DNA of 59,146 nt, the filler included, from Psammoneis japonica (lineage: Eukaryota): the NCBI GenBank assembly GCA_008632985.1. It is 2 parts of 2 records of this genome, joined end to end, with 100 filler letters (N's around TTAATTAATTAA, not from the genome) between each part and the next. Parts side by side here need not be neighbours in the genome. Positions count along the whole stretch, not along the records: positions 29,482 to 59,146 come from QPGO01000595.1; 1 more part is not named here. The stretch is one strand, 5' to 3'. The first letter of the stretch is position 1; each line of letters starts with the position of its first letter. The translations under genes were made by a program, and so were the position numbers. Positions 35,775 through 46,800 of the stretch are shown here, in pieces. The notes beneath the pieces were generated by a model. The model did no database searches, was not told the DNA's origin, and saw only the letters and a program-made list of their open reading frames with translations.

Positions 35775-37024
35775 TTCTGGCTGGCAAAATGGTGCCTTCA
35801 CATTCACCAAAGCCCACGCGAGTTCCATCATGACGGACACATTGTCCATTCATTATTACGGCATCACAGTCTATCATTTGCGCACTTTGTCACCCATTCC
35901 ATGGCACCCTTCCACCTCAATTCGAGCGCACTGCCATAGTATCACGGTTATGTTCCAGAGATGGTTCCACTCCCCATCAACTCGCCTGCTTGCATCACGT
36001 AACCCGTTACCGAATGATGCATAAGTTGTCGAGCAGCGTTCCAATGCATGTGCTTCAAGTTGGATCGATCAACCCCTGTGGGCTCTGACTGGTCAAAAGC
36101 CTTTACTCCAACCGATACTTTGGCATCAAATGAATTGAGGGCTGGGTCTTGGAGATAGGGTAGCGGCATTGGATCGACTTGCTCTGGTTCAGCCGAACTG
36201 ATGGCACGAAAGTCATCAAGAGCGTTCATGGTGACAATCCACGGAGAAATAGTAGTGGCAAAATTCTTCGCCGTAAAGGGACCCAACGGAACATATTCCC
36301 ACTTTTGAACATCTCGCCGACCAATCATTCATGGGACATATCCAAAGATGCGATCGTTGGCTTGTTCGAGTGACATGGGAGCCGTAATGGCAGGTCCGCC
36401 AACTACCGCTGCCTCATCCAATTCATAATCCAGCAGTCGGCAAGGACCATAGATGCTGCCTTGTTTGGGATCGTCCCTGTCTGTTTGCAGCTGTCCAGAT
36501 GGACGATGAGCGGGCTTTCCCCAAAGAAATTTAGTGGGTGACCGTCCGTAATAACCGACGGGTAAATGCAGCCAATCGGGCTGCACGGCGTTTTCCTCGC
36601 CACGAAACATGATACCCAAACTCGTTGCATGCTTTCGGCTTGAATAAAAGTCGGTATATTCGCCCACAATGATAGGCATACCCTTTTCTACTCTTTCAAC
36701 AGGGTACAAAGCTGCTTGCTGAAGCTTTCTGTTTGTAGCAAGTCGATTGTCAGTACCCGTCAAGAGATTCAAAAGAGGTTCTCGGGTGACCGTCCACACT
36801 GGTTATGGGTGTCGCAGAAACGAATTGAGCATTGGCTTTGTAAAGACATTGGGACCTAGATTGGGAATACCAACCAAGAGTCCCGCTTCTTACAAGACTT
36901 GTCAACCGTGTCACCGGCAAATATCGTATGAAATAGCACATCTTTGTAGTTTCGAGCAAAGTGACACCACACCAAAAGGTAAAAAGTCCAAGTCTTAGCG
37001 AACCGGCAACCACGACGACGCCAT
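35775..37024 (-). pseudogene. FAH: Fumarylacetoacetase pseudogene, copy 1
   Basis: MASSWLPV..LPFGV; GEYTDFYSSRKHAT..GIMFRG..WLHLPVGY; MNDWSAR/DVQKWEYVPLGPF; HHSVTG..GSGTISG; RVGFGECEG. Several stops and frameshifts are shared by both copies. Confidence 0.9.
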
Positions 37025-37728
37025 TGTCGACAAGAGAACGATGAATACGAAAATCTTGCGTCTTTCCAGGACAACTTCTGTTAAGCAATCAAAGATGATC
37101 ATGATGGTTGTTGCTGTAAGTAGTGTCAGAATCTTTTGTTTTTGTTCAGACCGGAAAATGACTTGCTTTTCAGAGAGAACCGTCACATCATCGCCCAATG
37201 ACACCACAACATACTGTAGTCCATGCGCGGTAATTACGTTTCCGGTGTATATGCTTGCAGCTGTGGTCGTTCTTGATAGTGCTGAAGGAGTTCCGCGTTC
37301 CGCCGCATGCTCGGGTGTGTTGTATTCCGCCTCGAGCAACGCATTCATCGACGACAGCACCAGCGGTAGGGATTGCAAGCATGCGGTCTATTGTCTTGTC
37401 TAGTCTTGAGCGTTTAACAAGTCGTCGTCATGAAAGGACCAATCGTTGTTATCGTTGCTATGTTGAGTAGTGTCGTTTTGTTTCCCAGAGAGGTGTTGTA
37501 GTTGCAGGTTGATGCATGACTTCTGCTTCTGCTTTGATTGCGATTCTCTGTCAAGAGACTGTCGTCATCGAACGACCATGCATCGAGTCTTCGTCGTTGT
37601 TGTCGTCAAGGGTGGGTGGAAAGCAAGTCATCTACGTCATCGTTCCAACTGTCTCCTAGCGACGCCATGGTGACAGCGAGAGAGCGAGCGAGGGTTCTGT
37701 CAGTGACGGTCTGTCACCGTCGGGTTGT

Positions 37729-37841
37729 GAGCATCACGTGCGCACGTGACGAGCGTCCCGTGCGCACGTGTCGAGCGTCCCGTGCGCACGTGTCGAGCGT
37801 CCCGTGCGCACGTGTCGGGGTCTGTCACGTGCGCACGTGAC
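37729..37841. repeat. 22-bp tandem repeat (4 units) plus a perfect 18-bp palindrome GTCACGTGCGCACGTGAC
   Basis: Units of GAGCGTCCCGTGCGCACGTGTC start at 37729 (variant), 37751, 37773 and 37795. Palindrome at 37824-37841. Confidence 0.9.
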
Positions 37842-37845
37842 GGTC

Positions 37846-40800
37846 TTAAGGGGGACCGCCGACCTATTTTTTCCGCGTTTATCCTAAAATTAGCAATGTG
37901 TTTGAATGCGTTTATTCATAATTGTCAATTTTAAATGCAAGAGTTGTTCGATCGCCCACGAAAACGAGAACATCAGGCACCGCGATCGAAGCACGACGAT
38001 GACGGCAATTGCGCTGTCTCTCAAAATTGGCCCAGTGGCACGAGGGACGAAAGCACACAAATCAATCTGAACTGCATGACGACAATGAAGCCAATGAGTG
38101 TCCCTCGTGAGGTGGCACTTTGCAGCTCACCGCTCGTCGCGAACATCGTCATTGTCGCTCGTCCTTTTGTCGTGTTGTTTTCTGTCGCGACCCGTCAAAA
38201 ATGTGTAAAAACCCGGAAAAGACATGCAAAAAAAAAGAGCCGACGGCCCGCCTTAAAAGATCGCAAAGAAAAAAAGAAAGGCTCATGTTGGCACAAACAT
38301 TGTGTGTGCTGGATGTTCGCGCACTTTTCCATGCTGGCACAAAAAAAGCACCCCTGCGAAGCCAGCAGCGCAGCTTTGAATTGCTCTGTGAGCTGCTGCA
38401 AGACAGAGCTTGGCTTGGTTTTGCCCATTTGGGGATTCCCCAAAATGGCAAGGGGGGCGTGCTCCAGCTCTGGGTGGGACCTCGCACCACTGAGCTGTGG
38501 CACAATTGTTTTTTGTCATCCGTCGCATGTTTCGCACGTGCATTTCTGCGTGTTCCATCACAAAAAATTGTCCCACACTGCCTGATTTGCGAAGCCAAAC
38601 GCTTTCTGTCATCTGCGCTTGTGCCAACAAAAGACGCAACTGTGACATCGACAGTTTTTTGAATCGCGTCGCATGTTGCGCACGTAGATTTCTGCGTGGT
38701 TTTTGCGACATTTTGTGTCATTTTACGGTGCACTTGTTGAGCGATCCGTCCAGCAACTTTTGACATTTTTTGTTGCAGCGCGATTCTATGATGTCTTAAG
38801 AATCGCGCAGGGTGGGCGCTTTGCAAAAACGTTGAGTGTCAAGTGGCACAATTGCAGACGCGTTCCAGGTCTGGGTGGGACCTCGTGCTGCTGAACTGTG
38901 ACATCGACAGTTTTTTGAATCGCGCCGCATGTCGCGCACGTGCATTTCTACGTGATTTTGGCAAAATTTTGCATCATTTATAGCGCAATCATCAGGCGAT
39001 CCATTCAACAACTTTTAACATTTTTTTCTTCTACGCCATTCTCGAGTGTCTTAAGAATGGCGCAGGGCAGGTGCATTGTCCAAAACTTTGAGTGCAAACA
39101 GAGACACATGTGCTGCAAACTTGGCCATTTGTTTCATGTCGAAGACAAATGTGTCCATCAACCAGAGTACGAACCACAGAGCTCGCAGGCAGAATTCTGC
39201 GGGGCAAATGTCACAAAAAGCCCCACCTGGGACTGGAACCCATCTGCACCACAAACTTGGCCGTTCATTTGATGTTGAAGATGAACACACCCGTTGATTA
39301 AATTCTCGTGCTGCGGAGCTCGCACATGAATTCTGCGGGCCGAATGTCACACGGAGTCCCACCCAGGGCTGGAACGCATCAAAAGTGCGCTGGGCATGTT
39401 CTTTGATGTCCAAAGAACACACCCGGGCATGCTGCAAAGAATGCACTTCAAGTGTGGAGGAGGAGACACGCTTGCAAAATTGCCTCTTTTTCTGTGGCGA
39501 TCATTCGCACAACCATTGCTTGACAATTTTTCTGCGAGCTCGCACGCAGAATTCTGCGGGCCCAACATCACAAAAAGTCCCACTTGGGGCTGGAACCCAT
39601 CAATGGCAAGGGGGAGCTGCCTTGGCCTTTTGGGGAACACCCGGGAAATGAGGGTGATTTGGCGGGAAGGAACGGCTGAAAGGGGTCAGGGGAAGGAACA
39701 AAAAATGAGTGCAGCGCGGCAGCTCCCGCCTTGTTTTGTGTGGGCGGGTGTGCTTTTTGCCACATTCAACCAGAAAGCCGCGCTCTGCCGCCGCCGACCA
39801 TGATGGATGCATCGACAAATCGACACAAAGCGGCCCCTCATGGTGCAGCAAAGGAAGAATGAACTTCGCCATTGAATCACACACATCGACGTTGCTCATG
39901 TGCGGCTCTGTTTTTGCCTTGGCATTTGCTCTGGAGCCGCTGTGGCTTGCATTTGTGACCGCGCGACACAAGAGGGGAAAAATGACACACCGCATTCTGC
40001 ACATTAGACAGGTCAAAGGGAAGAAGAAACATCGTCAATCAATCAGCCACATTTTTGTCAACCACGCGCGACTCCACTTTTGCCTTGTCCTTCACACTGG
40101 ACGCCTCGTGGCTTGCCTTTCTGAGTGCACGACAAAAGAGTGATCTGAGCAACTCCCTTCATTCTGCACACAAGATGTGCAAATTGGAAGAATGAGAGTG
40201 ACCATTCAATCCACCACATTGTTGTTGTTGGCCATGTGTGGCTCTGCTTTTGCCCTGGCCTTTGCCACATGCTTTGTGGCTTGCATTTGTGGCTGCACAA
40301 CAAAAAAACAACTGACGCCCAACGATCAATTGCGCTGGTGTTCTGCACATGTGCAACCACATTTCATCTTGTGTTTTGTGCCATGGATCCCGTTCAATCA
40401 ATGTTGTCGAATGCATTGAGCGGCGTCGTGATTGACGGGCAACAGCCATCACAAATGGGACGCGAGCGCGCCATGGCGTGTTGCCCATTTTTGTTGTGGT
40501 CGGTCGATTGTCTGGCTCATGCGTGGAACGCGCAGAAATGCATGAGAGGGAAAGCACGGGGAATTTCCAATGCACCATTTTTCATTCACGCATTGAGGGC
40601 ACATGTGACGAACGGCAATTCGCGGCGATTCTCCGGGAACTCACCCTTCCCGCGGAAAAACAGGGTGAAAGGTGGCAGCCCCGGGGAATTTTGAGAAAAT
40701 GCACGGCAAAACCAAACTGAGAGACAGAGCAGTCTGGCCGTCAGCTTTCTTGGTTGACCAGCCTTTGACCCCCCCCTGTTGACCAACAACTTTGATGGTG

Positions 40801-43800
40801 GAAATGACCCCTTGGCTCAAGCTTGGCTTCTCGCCAAAATCGTTGGCTTTGCCGTCAAGGGTGTTGAAGGTGTCGCAGCCCCTGGTGTGTTGGCAAGGGG
40901 ACTGCGGCTGATGGGCTCCAGCCCTGGGTGGGACTTTTTGTGACGCTGGGCCCGCAGAATTCTGCACGCAAGCTCTGCAGCAAAATTGTGCAGCAATGAA
41001 CATGCCAACAATCGCCAACAGAAAAAGAGGCAATTTTGCGAACGCACCTCGTCCTCCTCCACACTTGAAGCACATTCTTTGCAGCATGCCCGGGTGTGTT
41101 CTTCAGTCATTGAAGAGCGCACCCACCAGCGTGCTTTTGTTGCCAAAATGACAGCAACAGAAGATTGGGCATGTGGGGCTCTGCCACACATCATTGTGAG
41201 TGAGAAATGGGATTTTTGAGTCAGAGCGGCGTGTGAGTCATCAACCCTCTGTTTCAAGAAACGAGGGTGTGTGGCTGCAGCGGGAGCTCCATCCAGCCCA
41301 AGCCCAAGAAATGCATGGTTCTCAGGCCTGGACCCAGAGCAACTTCAAGTGGTTTTTGAAGGCAAAATTCCCAAATGATCTGCGCATGCAACATCTGAAT
41401 GGATTGCTCCAACAAACAGAAGATGGTCACATGAACATGTCAGCTGCAACAAAAGTTGGGGCCACAGTGCAAAAGCCACTTTTGTCTCACATGAAGTGCT
41501 TGCAGACAGGGCTGCTGCTGGTGGCAGGAGCATGAAGCATCAAACAATGTTGCTCAAGCTCAATTTGTTGTTGTGTGCGTTGATTGAATTTTCTCACTGG
41601 AAGGGCCCAAGTCACGCTGCTGAGACAAAAAAAGTGCTGGGATTGTGCGAAGAGGATGACACTGATGATGCACGTGCTGAAGCTTTTTTGATCTTGAGGC
41701 TTTTCTGCCCAAGGCTTGGGATCAGCTCTGGCAACAAACAGCAAACTCCAGGCCTTTCTTGCATCATGAAAAAGGTTTGCATTGCTGGGTCAAGGCGCCA
41801 CTTGGTCAGCTCTCCATCATTGCACGTGCGTCAGATGTGTCAGAATGCTGTCCTCCAGCGCAAAAGACAACTCTGCCTCCCATGCCATTGACTGCAAATT
41901 GGCCAAAGGATGGGACACCTTGGCACTTGGATGTTTCTTTTGTCAGCTGGAATGGCGGGAAAGCAACAAACATTGGGAATCCACACCACATTTGAGTTTG
42001 TCACAATCCAAAAAACTTGAAATGTGACCCCAGCGACTTGGGCACTTGAGGGGCGGTGTTGTCATGGTGGGGTCAAAATGAAAAAGCTGGGTGCCTCAGC
42101 ATTTTTTTTGTTTTGGAACAAACTTGGAACAAGCAGCTCAAGAGGTGCACTTGTGAGCCTGCTGGGGGCTGCCACACATGTCCCACAGTGTCTGGCACTT
42201 GGCCACCCAGTGGGCTTCTTGATGCGGGGCCGACATTGCTGTCATTGAAATGTTGGTCAATGGGAGTGACTTGTGGAATTGTTGAAGTGCATTGCCAAGG
42301 GAAACAAACAGAGTTGTGTTGCAAGTGAAAACAACAAAGAACCCATTTTTGACATCCTCTTTCCAGGCCGCTGGGATTCTTTGTCATGGAACACCTTGAA
42401 AAGCTGCTTGCTTGCCAAGTTGATGTTCTTGTTGCACCAGTGCTTTGTCGTGCTTGGGCACACTCAATTCCTCTGTGTCAAAAAACTTCACCATGTTTCT
42501 TGATTCCTGCGTCAATTTGGCAAGATGATGTTCATTCTCTCGCTTTTGCTTTTTCAATGGCGGCACATGAAAGTGCTGGTGACTGTTGCAGCTTTCTGCC
42601 AGCTGAACATTTGCAACTAAATCAGATTCTTTGAGTGATTGTCGCGCCTTTGCCGCTCCATCCAGAGCCATCTCACCAGCTCTCTTGGGTTTTGCCACAA
42701 AAGAAAAAAAGTCAAAAGGAGGTGGCAAGTGGTGCCAACAGCACAATGCCACAGAAACACACAATCAACACACATTGCATGCACAAATCATCAAGCTGTG
42801 CATGCCAGACAACTCTTTCAGCAGGGTTGCTTTCAAGCTGCGGGCTGTCTGCCTGCATGTTGGACATCCCAGAAAACAATGTCCGCTGTGTGGATCAAGA
42901 ACATTGGATGCAAACAATGTGCGACTGAGCAAGCAATGCAACTTTGGGCACAAGATGAGTGCAAATGATCCTCTCTCCACTTCTCTGCTCAACTCTCGCC
43001 ACAGCAATTTTCTTGGAAACTCTCATCCATCCAGTCATCTGCTGCCCCGCTGCAACATCAATTTGGCTGACATTGAAGAAAATGAGAAAAGAAGCTGCAG
43101 CTGATGAGAGCACAAAAGAGCCCAAGTTGCGGAGTTGTTTTTAAGTGCGTCACCAAGGGAAACAAACAGAGTTGTGTTGGGAGTGAAGACAACAAAGAGC
43201 CCATTTTTGACGTCCTTTTCCCAGGCCGCTGGGCTTCTTTGTCACAGAACACCTTGAAAAGCTGCTTGCTTGCCAAGTTGATGTTCTTGTTGCACCAGTG
43301 CTTTGTTGTGCTTGGGCACACTCAACTCCTTTGTGTCAAAAAACTTCGCCATGTTTCTTGGTTCCTGTGTCAATTTGGCAAGATGATGTTCATTCTCTTG
43401 CTTTTGCTTTTTTTCAATGGCGGTGGCACATGAAAGTGCTGGTGTCTGTTGCAGCTTTCCAGCCAAACATTCGCAACTAAATCAGATTCTTTGAGTGCTT
43501 GTTGTGCCTTTGCCTCTCCATCCAGAACCATCTCACCAGTTCTCTTGGGTTTTGCTGCAAAAGAAAAAAGTTAAAAGGAGGTGGCAAGTGGTGCCAACAG
43601 CACAATGCCACAGAAACACACAATCAAAGCACGTTGCATGCACGAATCATCAAGCTTTGCATGCCAGGCAACTCTTTCAGCAGGACTGCCATCAAGCTGC
43701 GGGCCATCTGCCTGCACACTGGACAACCCAGAAAACAATGTCTGCTGTGTGGATCAAGAACATTGGGTGCAAACAATGTGAGACTGAGCAAGCAATGCAA

Positions 43801-46800
43801 CTTTGGGCACAAGACAAGATGAGCACAAATGATCCTCTCCACTTCTCTGCTCAGCTCTCACCACAGCAATTTTCTTGGAAACTCTCATCCATCCAGTCAT
43901 CTGCTGCCCCACTGCAATGTCAATTTGCTGACATTGAAGAAAACAAGAAAAGAAGCTGCAGCTGATGAGAACACAAAAGAGCCCAAGGGGAGTCAAACAA
44001 CACACCACATTGCTCACACAAGATGCACTTGCACTCAGTTTGGTGCCCCAAATGTCACACAATTTTGATTGAAGAGCAGCCAGAGGGATTGGCTCCTCTT
44101 TTTAAGAGGAGCTGCCCTGTGGCCAGTGGCGAGCTGCACTTCATTCATTGTCATTTTGTGTTTGGCATGCAAGTGCTTGCAATGGAAGCAGCAGAGCCCT
44201 TCGGTCTTTGGTTGCACTGGCATCAATGGGAGTCATTGCGGCTCTCAGAGTCGCTGCACAGAAACTGTGCAAAAGAGCACCAGAAACAATCGCTGCCAGT
44301 CTGTCCACCCTTCCACACTCAAGTGTCGACTTCTCAGGAAATCAATTGAAATGTCATCTCTCCAAAGGTGTTGCTCTTCACCATGCAAGTCAAAATGCCT
44401 TTGGTCAGATGACATTTCAGCTGAGTTCCTGAAAAGTCACTGGCTCCAACCACCCTCTCGCGTGACATTGTGCGCATTTCCACCTCGTGCAAAATGCTGG
44501 TTGTGACTCTTGCAACATTTTTGAATGATTTCTGTTGATCTTGAATCTGCGGCAAGTCATTGTGATTTGTGACAGATTCTTTCATCAGAAACACGCATGC
44601 GCACACACACACTCTCCATCGTGAGTCTGTGTGTCGACCATCACTTTTTGTTTTTGCATGTGTTTGCATGTTTTGGCCCTTTGGTCTTTGATCGCACTGG
44701 TGTCAATGGGAGTCATTGTGGCTCTCAGAGTCATTGTGCAGAAATTGTGCACAAGAGCGCCAGAAACAATTGTTGCCAGTCAGTCTGCCCTTCTGTGCTC
44801 GAATGTCAACTTCTCGGGAAATCAATTGAAATGTCATCTCTCCAAAGGTGTTGCTCTTCACCATGCAAATCAAAATGCCTTTGGTCAGATGACATTTTAA
44901 TTGAGCTCCCAAAAAATCACTGGCTCCAATCACCCTCTTGCATGACACTGTGTGCATTTCTGCATGATTTGTTGTTTTTCCTTGTGTGAAATGCTGGCTG
45001 TGACTCTTGCAACATTTTTGAATGACTCCCATTGATCTTGACATCTGCGGCATTGTGACGCACTCTCCTTCATGAGTCTGCACATCAACTGCAACTTTTT
45101 GTTTTCATTTGTGTTTGTGCGATGATGAAGAGCCTGGGTGATGACAGCGTCATTTGCCGTCTTCAGGAATGAATGAATCCGAGTGCACGATGCAAAAAAT
45201 TCAAAATGTTGACGTTGGCAACTGACGATCTTTGAAGGTGGGTCCAGAGGTGCATGAATGATCTGTTGTCATTTCACACTCGCACTCGCACACTCAGCAT
45301 GCACACGAATGACAAAACGATGAGGCGAATCACGCTGGCATGTTTGGCTGTAACAACTTGCGGTTTTGAGAGAATTTTTGTGGGGTGAGAAAAGCGGCTT
45401 TGATCGCCAAACATCACACAACAACATGACACATCAACAGCACTTTGGACAGCTCTCTTTCAAAAGCAGAGAAGCAACAGCTCAACTTGATGTTTCTTTC
45501 TGAGTCCATGGCATCCAACTCATTGGTGGCAGCAAGCAAAGTTGAGCATCACCATGGTCAATTGAGAAAATGTTTGACACAGACTTGCAGCCTCAGCATT
45601 GTTTTTTTTGTGTTTGCCGTCAGGTGTTTTGGCATTGGCGTCTCTCCGGATGCAATTCCCCCAGTGATGGTGCATTCCCGGCATCAGACATGTGCCAAGT
45701 GACATCATGTCAAAGAGGTCCTGCAGCATCTCTTGATTGGGTGAAGTTGCAAGGTTTGTTTTGGTTGTGAACGTGTCTGCCCCTGCTTGTTCATGCCATG
45801 ACACTTGACACTTGTTGATCCTCTCACAGCATCTGTTTGTTTTGGCTTGTGTCATCATCACAGCACACACACAGAAAGCCAACGCAGCCAAATGGGCTTT
45901 CTTGTGTCTCTGACGTCAGCGCAGTTGCATGGCATGTGTTGCTTTGGAGCTCGCCCATCTCCGAATTTTTGTTGGCTCATCTCCATGTTGTCAACAGGGG
46001 CAACAATGATGGTGACAAGTGGCGGCAACTGCGCTTCCACTCCATGCAGTCATCCTGCTCAGCCCAAGCAGCTCACAGACAGCACCGCTGGCTTTTTGGT
46101 GAGAGGTGAGCTTCTGGTCTCTCATCAGTTTCGCGCCCCATTGGCCAAGCTGCTCTTGTTCTTGCAATTGTCTCAGAGAGTGAGCTGGCCTTTGCTCACC
46201 CATTCTAGACTTCAATGGCGCTGTTGTGCTGAAATGCAAGCCACCCGCAGCAGCACATGATCTGTTTTTGAGCTTGGCTCTCATTGCCTGTCATCTCCAC
46301 ACATCGACTCGACTGCTTGAAATGGAAGCAGCAGAGCCCTTTGGCCGCACTGGCGTCAGACGCGCTCCAGCTCCAGGCGGGACCTGGCACTGCCGAGCTG
46401 TGAGACATCGGCAGTTTTTTGGATTGCGCTGCATGTTGCACGTGCAGAAATGTGCGAGACTTTTGTGAAATTTTGTGTCATTTTGCGGTGAGCTAATTGA
46501 GCAATCTGTCCAACAACTTTTGACATTTTTTGTTGCAGCGCGATTCCACAACGTCTTCAAAATCACGCAGGGCAGGCACGTTTGCAAAAACGTCAAGTGG
46601 CAAGAGGCCCAATTGCCAAATTTTTGCACTGCTGAGCTTGCGCGCACAATTCTGTGGGCCCAATGTCACACGGAGTCCCGCCCAGGACTGGAGCCCATCG
46701 TCAATGGGAGTCATCGTGGTTCTCAGAGTCGCCGCATGGAAATTGTGCAGAAGAGCGCCAGAGACAATTGTTGTCAGTCTGTCCGCCATTCTGCACTCAA

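Larger units (their letters stand above)
29482..44499 (+). repeat. ~15 kb tandem unit, copy 1
   Basis: 29482 (GTTGTGACTCTTGC) corresponds to 44500. The ORF track recurs at offsets of ~15013, then ~14654 after an indel region. The 290-N gap at 30860-31149 equals 45875-46164 in length. Confidence 0.95.

Noticed and set aside
37130..37670. Additional minus-strand gene upstream of FAH (MASLGDSWNDD...; ORF 36995..37378)
   Set aside because: It has stops and frameshifts and no recognisable motif. It may be a pseudogene fragment but cannot be supported.
37729..37841. CRISPR-like array
   Set aside because: The repeats are contiguous with no unique spacers, there are no cas genes, and the context is eukaryotic.
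37935..38826. 216-225-aa ORFs on both strands
   Set aside because: They lie in modular repeats, translate A/T runs, lack Tyr and change between the two units.
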